48,905 nt of DNA, from contig DATLSW010000273.1 of the NCBI GenBank assembly GCA_035533955.1, positions 1-48,905 on the forward strand, read 5' to 3'. Below, piece by piece: positions 32,634 through 40,208 of the stretch. How positions within the stretch are numbered: position 1 is the stretch's first letter; every line of letters begins with the position of its first letter. The notes below the pieces were generated by a model. The model had not been told where the DNA came from and ran no database searches. It worked only from the letters and a program-made list of their open reading frames with translations. The position numbers were made by a program, and so were the translations under genes. The stretch comes from Ktedonobacteraceae bacterium (GTDB lineage: Bacteria; Chloroflexota; Ktedonobacteria; Ktedonobacterales; Ktedonobacteraceae).

Positions 32634-35531
32634 ATGACTGAAATTCCCTTGAAACAGCACATTGCTCCGAGTGGAGAACCAATGACAGTGCGCGATCTCG
32701 CTTCTTGCCCACCACCGGAGAAGTGGCAGGATTGGGTCGAGTATGACGCAAAAGCATGGCCGCGCAAAGTCGCGAGGCACTATGAGTTGATTCCCACCAT
32801 CTGTTTCAATTGTGAGGCAGCCTGCGGGCTTCTTGCCTACATCGATAAAGAGACAGGACAGGTCAAACGCTTCGAGGGCAATCCCTATCACCCTGGCAGC
32901 CGAGGGCGCAACTGCGCCAAAGGGCCGGCCACCATCAACCAGATACATGATCCCGAACGCATCCTTTATCCTCTGAAACGTGTCGGCAAGCGCGGCGAGG
33001 GCAAGTGGGAGCGCGCGACCTGGGACGAGGCGCTGGAGACCATCGCGGCCAAAATCCGCGCCGCCATTATCGAAGATCGGCGCGACGAAGTGATGTATCA
33101 TGTCGGGCGTCCTGGACACGACGGCTATATGGAGCGCGTGCTGGGTGCGTGGGGCGTTGATGGACACAATAGTCACACCAATGTCTGCTCCTCAAACGCT
33201 CGCTTCGGCTACCATATCTGGTGCGGTATTGATCGTCCTTCGCCCGATCACGCCAACGCTCGTTTTATCCTGCTCATCAGTTCTCATTTGGAGACAGGCC
33301 ATTACTTCAACCCCCATGCCCAGCGCATCATCGAGGGCAAGATGAAGGGCGCGAAGCTGGCCGTCATGGACCCGCGTCTCTCCAATACTGCCAGTATGGC
33401 CGACTACTGGCTGCCGACCTGGCCGGGATCAGAGGCGGCAGTATTGCTCGCGATGGCGCGGATTTTGCTGCTGGAGAATCTGTACAACCGCGATTACATG
33501 CGGCGCTGGGTCAACTGGCGGGAGTTTTTGGCGGCTGAATATCCAGGCGAACCGCAGACGTTCGATCGATTCATCGAGCTGCTTATCGAATTGTATGCCG
33601 AATTTACGCCTGCCTTTGCCGCCCAGGAAAGCGGCCTCGCGGAAGATACCATTATCGATATCGCCCGGCAGATCGGGCAGGCCGGGACTGCTTTCGCGGC
33701 ACATACCTGGCGTGCCGCGAGCGCCGGCAACCTGGGCGGCTGGCAGGTCTCGCGCGCGCTCTGGTTCCTCTCGGTGCTGACAGGCAGCATCGGCACGCCA
33801 GGTGGTACAGCCCCTTATAGCTGGAACAAGTTTGTTCCCACGCCGTACATCAAACCCAGCCCCTCTGAAGTATGGAACGAATTGCTTTTCCCGCCGGAAT
33901 ATCCCCTGGCGAATTACGAGATGAGCATTCTGCTGCCCTACTTCCTCAAGGAGGGGCGCGGCAAGCTCTCGGCCTATTTCACGCGCGTTTACAATCCGGT
34001 ATGGACGAATCCCGACGGCACGGCCTGGATCGAGGCGCTGACCAACGAGCAGCAGATTGAACTGCATGCCGCGCTGACGCCCACCTGGAACGAGACGGCG
34101 TGGTACGCGGACTACGTGCTGCCGATGGGTCTTGCCAGCGAGCGGCACGATCTGATGAGCCAGGAGACGCACGCCGGGCGCTGGATCGGCTTCCGCCAGC
34201 CGGTGTTGCGCGTCTATAAGGAGCGGCACGGCGAGCCGATGCAGTACACCTACGAAGCCAATCCAGGTGAAGTGTGGGAAGAAGACGAATTCTGGATCGA
34301 GTTGTCCTGGCGCATTGATCCCGACGGCAGCCTGGGCATTCGCAAGTACTTCGAATCGCCCTATCGCCCAGGCGAAAAGCTCTCTATCGAGGAATATTAT
34401 CGCTGGATGTTCGAGAACAGCGTGCCGGGTCTCCCGGAGGCCGCCGCCCAGGAAGGTCTTTCGCCATTGGGCTTCATGCAAAAATATGGCGCGTTCGCCG
34501 TTCCGCAAGAGAACGTACCAACGTATATGTTGAACGAGCAAGCGTTGAAGCTCTCTGACGTGGAAGGTTCCATCCTCGACAAAGCGTTGAGCGGCCTTTC
34601 GCCAGATGGGGCCGGCGAAGAGCAGCCCTCTAACCAGCAAGGAATCCAGGTTGATAGACAAACTGGCGTCATAAGCCGTGACGGGATCAAGATCGGCGTT
34701 CTAGTGGATGGCAAGGCATACGAAGGCTTTTCCACGCCCTCGCGCAAGCTGGAATTCTACTCGCCTACGCTCAAAACGTGGGGCTGGCCGGAGTGCGCGA
34801 TTCCAGGCTACACGCACAGTCATGTGCATCCTTCCAACATCGATCCTGAGCGCGGAGAATATCTGCTCATCCCGACATTTCGCCTCCCTACGCTCATTCA
34901 TACACGCTCCGGCAATGCCAGGTGGCTCACCGAGATCTCCAATGCGAACCCGGTCTGGATCCATCCTACCGACGCTGAGCGACTTGACGTGCAGACGGGC
35001 GATCTCATTCGTGTAAGCACTGAGATCGGCTACTACGTCAATCGCGTCTGGGTGACGGAAGGCATTCGTCCAGGTGTGGTTGCTTGCTCGCACCACATGG
35101 GGCGCTGGCGACTGGCGACGGACATGGGAGCGGATCGCTGGGCATCCGCGCTGGTTTCGCTTGGGAAGGAGTCGGACGGTTCCTGGCAATTGCGACAGCT
35201 CGAGGGAGTGCGCCCCTACCAGAGTGACGAACCGGATTCGGCGCGCATCTTCTGGCGTGAAGCGGGTGTACACCAGAATCTGACCTTCGGAGTACATCCT
35301 GATCCGGTGAGCGGTATGCACTGCTGGCATCAAAAAGTCGTTGTTGAACCGGCCCGCGCTGGCGATCGGTATGGGGATGTTCATGTCGATAGACAAAAAG
35401 CCTATGAGGTCTACAAACAGTGGCTGGCAATGGCGCGCCCGCAGTTGGATCGCTCTGATCGTCTGCGCCGCCCGTTGTGGATGATACGTCCTTATCGACC
35501 GGCAGCCAGTGTGTTCAAACACAAACAGTGA
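32634..35531 (+). CDS. molybdopterin (bis-MGD) oxidoreductase catalytic subunit without a Tat signal; SoeA-like sulfite dehydrogenase candidate
   Basis: N-terminal [4Fe-4S] motif CFNCEAACGLLAY...GSRGRNCAKG. 965 aa. No RRxFLK-type twin-arginine motif in the first 60 residues. The Soe-type function is inferred from predicted cytoplasmic orientation and sulfur context only. Confidence 0.85.
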   Translation: MTEIPLKQHIAPSGEPMTVRDLASCPPPEKWQDWVEYDAKAWPRKVARHYELIPTICFNCEAACGLLAYIDKETGQVKRFEGNPYHPGSRGRNCAKGPATINQIHDPERILYPLKRVGKRGEGKWERATWDEALETIAAKIRAAIIEDRRDEVMYHVGRPGHDGYMERVLGAWGVDGHNSHTNVCSSNARFGYHIWCGIDRPSPDHANARFILLISSHLETGHYFNPHAQRIIEGKMKGAKLAVMDPRLSNTASMADYWLPTWPGSEAAVLLAMARILLLENLYNRDYMRRWVNWREFLAAEYPGEPQTFDRFIELLIELYAEFTPAFAAQESGLAEDTIIDIARQIGQAGTAFAAHTWRAASAGNLGGWQVSRALWFLSVLTGSIGTPGGTAPYSWNKFVPTPYIKPSPSEVWNELLFPPEYPLANYEMSILLPYFLKEGRGKLSAYFTRVYNPVWTNPDGTAWIEALTNEQQIELHAALTPTWNETAWYADYVLPMGLASERHDLMSQETHAGRWIGFRQPVLRVYKERHGEPMQYTYEANPGEVWEEDEFWIELSWRIDPDGSLGIRKYFESPYRPGEKLSIEEYYRWMFENSVPGLPEAAAQEGLSPLGFMQKYGAFAVPQENVPTYMLNEQALKLSDVEGSILDKALSGLSPDGAGEEQPSNQQGIQVDRQTGVISRDGIKIGVLVDGKAYEGFSTPSRKLEFYSPTLKTWGWPECAIPGYTHSHVHPSNIDPERGEYLLIPTFRLPTLIHTRSGNARWLTEISNANPVWIHPTDAERLDVQTGDLIRVSTEIGYYVNRVWVTEGIRPGVVACSHHMGRWRLATDMGADRWASALVSLGKESDGSWQLRQLEGVRPYQSDEPDSARIFWREAGVHQNLTFGVHPDPVSGMHCWHQKVVVEPARAGDRYGDVHVDRQKAYEVYKQWLAMARPQLDRSDRLRRPLWMIRPYRPAASVFKHKQ

Positions 35532-35852
35532 ATGCGGGAGATCCTGGCTCATACAGGTTCCAGTTTCTGTTCATTCCCTCGTTGCATAACCTCGTGCCAG
35601 GGTTTCCCCGCGCGCCTGGTCATTTGTTTTGCGAAAAATTATGATTTTTCAGGTAACATAATCCTCTTCAGTCGGAGTGTTTTTCTACGAAAACTATCCG
35701 ATGTAGTCTCGTAGGGACTATTGTTCCGAGTCTTGTACAATGCTGTCTCGTCATGTTTCTGCCTGCGATGTAGCGCTGGAGAGATGTTCCTCGCAGCGCC
35801 GCCGGGCAGAGATGATCATGATGAGCGTTCACAGGAAGCGAGGCACTCCGAC

Positions 35853-36842
35853 ATGTCTGTCCGACGTAAATTTGCTGGCTTGATAGCCCTCCTGGTCGTT
35901 CTCTGTATGCTCATTGGTCTCAGCGTTTTCTCGACATCAATGGCACGCGCGTTAACAGCGCCAGGACACCAGCCTGCAAAAGATACCCTCTCCATCCTGC
36001 CCAAAAAGCTGACTTCTCAATCCAGTGTTCCTGCCAATACCATTTCGCTTTACGAACCTACCACCAACGCCGTCACGCTGTACAATCAAGGCTGTAGCGC
36101 CGCTCATGGAGCTCCTGGCTTGATTATCCTGGATTGGGGCCAGCCAGTTTATTTTGGCAATAACACCTATGGCACTTACGATTTTGGTGGTCATGACGAT
36201 ACGGATACGGCCATCTTACATGCCGTCGCCAACTTCGCTCAAGGTGTCTGGTATTGCCGCACCCGTGCCACGGACATCGCTATCGGCATTGCTCAAAGTA
36301 ACTATTACTCTGATCATGCTATTCCCCTTACCACCTCGGCATGGTATGCCGATGGTCAGCAATGGGGCCAGATAGTCAATAGTGTGCAAAGCTTTCTTAC
36401 TAACAATCACTATACCGTCGTGGGCGCCAATGGAGCGGGCGACCTTGAGGTAGAGTGGGAAACCTTTGCCCTGACGAGCAGCCTGGTGAATGGGTACAAC
36501 AGCGTCACCGCGCACGTCTACTTCGATTTCGGAGACGATTCCCCCGGATGGTGGTCCAACTACCAGGTCTGGTACGTTGCGTATGGAGCAAAAGATAATT
36601 TACCACTGCCGGAGATCTACTACAATAGCGATGCTACTTATGACTGGGAACCCCTGAGCGTGTGGGCCTGTAGCTACGAAGGCGGTCCGATCTACTTCAA
36701 GGGAACCATGTCCGAGGACGTCTCTGGCACCAACTCTCCCGCCCAGGCATTTTCTGCTCTGTACAATGCTGAAGCTTCAAATGGCTGCTCAGCGAAAGAC
36801 CTGTCCGGGATGATTTTCTCAACCGAGATCTTTCACCCCTGA
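35853..36842 (+). CDS. membrane-anchored or secreted protein of unknown function
   Basis: MSVRRKFAGLIALLVVLCMLIGLSVFSTSMARA is a signal/anchor. The remainder has no motif I recognise. Start set at ATG 35853, after AGGAAGCGAGG. Confidence 0.6.
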   Translation: MSVRRKFAGLIALLVVLCMLIGLSVFSTSMARALTAPGHQPAKDTLSILPKKLTSQSSVPANTISLYEPTTNAVTLYNQGCSAAHGAPGLIILDWGQPVYFGNNTYGTYDFGGHDDTDTAILHAVANFAQGVWYCRTRATDIAIGIAQSNYYSDHAIPLTTSAWYADGQQWGQIVNSVQSFLTNNHYTVVGANGAGDLEVEWETFALTSSLVNGYNSVTAHVYFDFGDDSPGWWSNYQVWYVAYGAKDNLPLPEIYYNSDATYDWEPLSVWACSYEGGPIYFKGTMSEDVSGTNSPAQAFSALYNAEASNGCSAKDLSGMIFSTEIFHP

Positions 36843-36994
36843 ACCCGTAGGCCGCGAGCGCTGCCCTTCATCAGTAGGTTTTTGGGGAGCGTGTGAGGGT
36901 TCAGCAAAATACCCACTGTTGAAAGCGGTGGCTCTGCCCCTACGGGTTTTCTCTGCCATAGTGAAAAGGACGCGTTGATAGAATCGAGGTTGCC

Positions 36995-37570
36995 ATGCAA
37001 AAACGTTTGCGGAAGAAGCGCCAAACAACGCTGCACGTATCTGCGCTCATGATGCCTGCTCCTCGCCGCTGGGGCTGGGCGCTGGCAGGGTTAGCAGTGG
37101 TCATCGGGTGTCTGATGTTGGGAGTATTCGCTATCAGCAGGAACCAGGCTGCACCGATCGCTATTACGACGCCGCGGCCAGTGATGCGTACTTCTTCTCC
37201 CATAGCCAGTGATGGTCATCCACCGGCTACACAGCAAACGACAGGCGTTTTCCCGCTCTCTGCTGGCGGACCTATCCCTATTTCGGCTACTGTCCTCCAT
37301 CCCACTACTATCGCGCATGTGGTTATCAAGAACGTCTTCACGTCCATTTATGCCGGGTACTTGACGAAGACGCCTGCAATCGGGGCGCTTGCCATCCTCC
37401 AGGAGAACCTCGTGACTGGTCAGCAAAGCCTTCACCTCTATCAGACAGCACAGCCTGTCGGCGCATTGACTATTCTCACCGTGCAGAATGGAATGCTCAC
37501 CCTCTCGACGCCAAAGGCAAGCGGCACCTTTAATCTCAGTACCGATCAATTCCATTTCTCAACGGTGTAG
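36995..37570 (+). CDS. N-terminally anchored protein of unknown function
   Basis: Basic N-terminus, then the TM WGWALAGLAVVIGCLMLGVFAI, then a ~130-aa T/P/A-rich ectodomain. Confidence 0.5.
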   Translation: MQKRLRKKRQTTLHVSALMMPAPRRWGWALAGLAVVIGCLMLGVFAISRNQAAPIAITTPRPVMRTSSPIASDGHPPATQQTTGVFPLSAGGPIPISATVLHPTTIAHVVIKNVFTSIYAGYLTKTPAIGALAILQENLVTGQQSLHLYQTAQPVGALTILTVQNGMLTLSTPKASGTFNLSTDQFHFSTV

Positions 37571-37682
37571 CGCTGCCGCAAAGAGGGCAATATGGCCGCC
37601 GGTTCCACACACGACATTTGCTACATTACTCAGCACGACGAGATGAGTGATATGATAGAGCATCTGCTCTTGGAGGTATTCT

Positions 37683-38636
37683 ATGAGTCACTGGACAACT
37701 AACGACATCCCCGATCTACAGGGGTCTACTGTTCTCGTCACCGGGGCCAACAGCGGCCTCGGTCTCGCGACGACGCGCGCGCTGGCCGCCAAAGGGGCGC
37801 ACGTCATCATGGCCTGCCGCAATCTCGATCGGGCGCGCGCGGCCCAGGCGTCTATTACGGCGAGCGTGCCACGCGCTTCACTCGAGCTGGTTCACCTGGA
37901 CCTGGCCTCGCTTGCCTCGGTGCGTGACTGCGCGGCAGGCGTCCTCAATACCCACGATCAGCTCACTTTGCTTTTCAATAATGCCGGGGTGATGGCGATT
38001 CCCCGCCGCGAAACCGAGGATGGCTTCGAAATGCAGTTTGGGAGCAATCACCTGGGACACTTTGCGCTGACGGGCCTGGCGCTGCCCTTGCTCCTCGCCA
38101 CGCCGGGGAGCCGTGTGGTGACGACCACCAGCCTCGCCCGGTCGGGCAAGGTGCTGTTCGACGACTTGCACGGCGCTCGTTCCTACTCGCGCTGGGGAGC
38201 CTATGGGCAGAGCAAGACCGCGAACCTGCTCTTTGCCTTTGAATTGCAGCGCCGCCTCGCCGCGACAGGCGCGCCGACCATCAGCGTGGCGGCCCATCCA
38301 GGCTATGCGAATACCAGCTTGCAGAGCGCGAGCGCGGCATCCTCCGGCTCCCTTATCGAAAGGGTTGCTTTCACGGTCTTTGGTCCTCTGGTCGGGCAAA
38401 GTCCTGCCATGGGCGCGCTGCCGCAGCTCTATGGCGGAACAGCCCCAGACGTCCGCGGCGGGATGCTCATCGGCCCAGGCGGCTTCTTTGGCTTGCGCGG
38501 CTACCCGAAACCGGAACCGCACAGCCAGAGGGAAGATGACCGGCCCACCGCGGCGCGCCTGTGGGACGTGTCCGTGGCGCTCACCGGTGTAGACTATGCT
38601 CCCCTGCACCTTTCGCGTCCATTGGAAAGCCGATGA
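37683..38636 (+). CDS. short-chain dehydrogenase/reductase (SDR) family oxidoreductase
   Basis: VLVTGANSGLGLATTRALAAKGAHVIMACRN, NNAG, catalytic YGQSK. Confidence 0.9.
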   Translation: MSHWTTNDIPDLQGSTVLVTGANSGLGLATTRALAAKGAHVIMACRNLDRARAAQASITASVPRASLELVHLDLASLASVRDCAAGVLNTHDQLTLLFNNAGVMAIPRRETEDGFEMQFGSNHLGHFALTGLALPLLLATPGSRVVTTTSLARSGKVLFDDLHGARSYSRWGAYGQSKTANLLFAFELQRRLAATGAPTISVAAHPGYANTSLQSASAASSGSLIERVAFTVFGPLVGQSPAMGALPQLYGGTAPDVRGGMLIGPGGFFGLRGYPKPEPHSQREDDRPTAARLWDVSVALTGVDYAPLHLSRPLESR

Positions 38637-38885
38637 TTTGCATCAGGGAAGAGGCATATGATATAGAGCGAGTGTATTGCCCTCTCACGACTGACGCCAT
38701 TTTGGTGTCCGCGAAACTCGTCGCGAGATTTTCGGATTTCGCTTTGTGATACTACCGTGATGTTGATCATCCATTCTGCGAGTGGATTGTGAGCTTTAGC
38801 CTCTATGCTGACAGTAGTTCAAAGTTGAACATACATCCACGCGCGGAGAACGTGGCGCGGAGTAGGCTCAAAAAGGAGCAAGACG

Positions 38886-39905
38886 ATGTTTCAGCATATT
38901 CTCGTCCCATTGGACGGTTCATTACGCGCCGAGCGCGCTCTGCCCGTCGCAGCGCGGCTTGCGCATGCCGCGCACGGCACAGTGGTGCTTTTGCGCGTCG
39001 TTGCTATGCCAGTCGATTATGTTGCGTATATGATGCCCCCGGTGGCCTCTATTGAGGATGTGATTGATACCGATCTGAGCGAAGTCGCTAGCTACCTCAA
39101 CCATGTCGCCCAGTCACCTATCCTGAAAGACATTTCTGTCGAGAAAAAGGCGATCTTCGGCGCTGTTGCAGACACTATTCTCTCGGTCGCTGGGTCTTCG
39201 GATATCGATCTGGTGATCATTTGCAGTCACGGCTACACGGGGCTGACACGCTGGGCGTTAGGCAGTGTGGCCGAGAAAGTGGTGCATCACGCGCCCATGC
39301 CGGTGCTGCTCCTGCATGAAGGCGGCCCTGTACCGGGCGCGCCTCATCTTGACGCTGTGCGCCCGCTGTGCGTACTTGTACCTCTTGATGGTTCGGTATT
39401 GGCGAAAGCCGCTATTGAACCGGCGGCGGAGTTGATCTCTGCTCTGGCAGCGCCAGCACAAGCAAAGCTCCACTTCACGCGCGTGGTGCAGACAACGCCC
39501 ACGGAAGCGCAGGGAGGCAAACACGAAGAGAGCGAGTACCGACTCCACAACGCCAGAAAGTACCTGGAAACTGCTGTAGGACATGTGCGTGAAGGGCTGA
39601 TTGCGCCTATCGTGACAAAGCTCCAGCTCGCGACGAGCTGGTCGGTGGCGATCGAGAACGACGTGGCCGGGGCGATTATTCGCGTGGCAGAGAACGGCGA
39701 GGATGTGAAGGGAGTCGGCGTTCCTGGCGGCTGTGATGTGATCGCTCTTGCGACGCACGGGCGCAGTGGCTTCCAGCGCTGGGCGCTTGGCAGCGTTACC
39801 GAGCGCGTCCTGCACGCTACGAAACTGCCCGTCTTGATCGTGCGTCCGGCGGAAAAAGCACCGGAGGGAGCAGATAGCAAACATGCGGCAGCAGCCGTAC
39901 AGTAA
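38886..39905 (+). CDS. tandem universal stress protein (2x UspA domains)
   Basis: MFQHILVPLDGS...ICSHGYTGLTRWALGSVAEKVVHHAPMPVLLL, and a second unit ALATHGRSGFQRWALGSVTERVLHATKLPVLIV. Confidence 0.9.
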   Translation: MFQHILVPLDGSLRAERALPVAARLAHAAHGTVVLLRVVAMPVDYVAYMMPPVASIEDVIDTDLSEVASYLNHVAQSPILKDISVEKKAIFGAVADTILSVAGSSDIDLVIICSHGYTGLTRWALGSVAEKVVHHAPMPVLLLHEGGPVPGAPHLDAVRPLCVLVPLDGSVLAKAAIEPAAELISALAAPAQAKLHFTRVVQTTPTEAQGGKHEESEYRLHNARKYLETAVGHVREGLIAPIVTKLQLATSWSVAIENDVAGAIIRVAENGEDVKGVGVPGGCDVIALATHGRSGFQRWALGSVTERVLHATKLPVLIVRPAEKAPEGADSKHAAAAVQ

Positions 39906-39916
39906 CCTGTTATAGG

Positions 39917-39966
39917 AAATGCTCAGAAGTATAGCCCCTCAGGCTTCACTTCTGAGCATTTTTTTC
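39917..39966 (+). terminator. rho-independent terminator
   Basis: 14-bp stem AAATGCTCAGAAGT / ACTTCTGAGCATTT with a 17-nt loop, running into T7 (39959..39965). Confidence 0.85.
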
Positions 39967-40009
39967 GCCTTCCAATCCTGTGTGTTCCTTGTGAGATCAA
40001 TAGAGCCTA

Positions 40010-40127
40010 TTGTGACACGAACGTGATGTCTTCGACTTATGCTAGGTAGCAAGTACACGATGTACAGGTTGTGACACGAACGTGATGCCTTCAACGTATG
40101 CTAGGTAGTAAGTACACGATGTACAGG
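40010..40127 (+). repeat. two tandem copies of a 59-nt unit
   Basis: Copy 1 is 40010..40068 and copy 2 is 40069..40127. The copies differ at 4 positions: TTGTGACACGAACGTGATG[T/C]CTTC[G/A]AC[T/G]TATGCTAGGTAG[C/T]AAGTACACGATGTACAGG. Confidence 0.9.
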
Positions 40128-40208
40128 ATTTGATGTGAGGAGATGATTTAGAAGTCATCTTTCTAAAAAGTCAGAACAACAGAAAGCTCTCCATAAAAGG
40201 AGGTACTC

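Noticed and set aside
32634-32820. Tat (twin-arginine) signal on the molybdoenzyme
   Set aside because: I looked for S/T-R-R-x-F-L-K in the first 60 residues (MTEIPLKQHIAPSGEPMTVRDLASCPPPEKWQDWVEYDAKAWPRKVARHYELIPTIC). None is present and there is no hydrophobic h-region.
33429-35552. 410-aa and 283-aa minus-strand ORFs
   Set aside because: Both are antisense to the 965-aa molybdopterin oxidoreductase, whose FeS and family motifs are unambiguous. The antisense products are R/P/G-rich junk.
37878-39884. 243-aa, 208-aa and 178-aa minus-strand ORFs
   Set aside because: Antisense to the SDR and tandem-Usp genes, both of which have textbook motifs on the plus strand.
40010-40127. Possible CRISPR array
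   Set aside because: There are only two directly abutting 59-nt copies with no spacers, and no cas genes are present in the window. It is a tandem duplication, not a CRISPR array.
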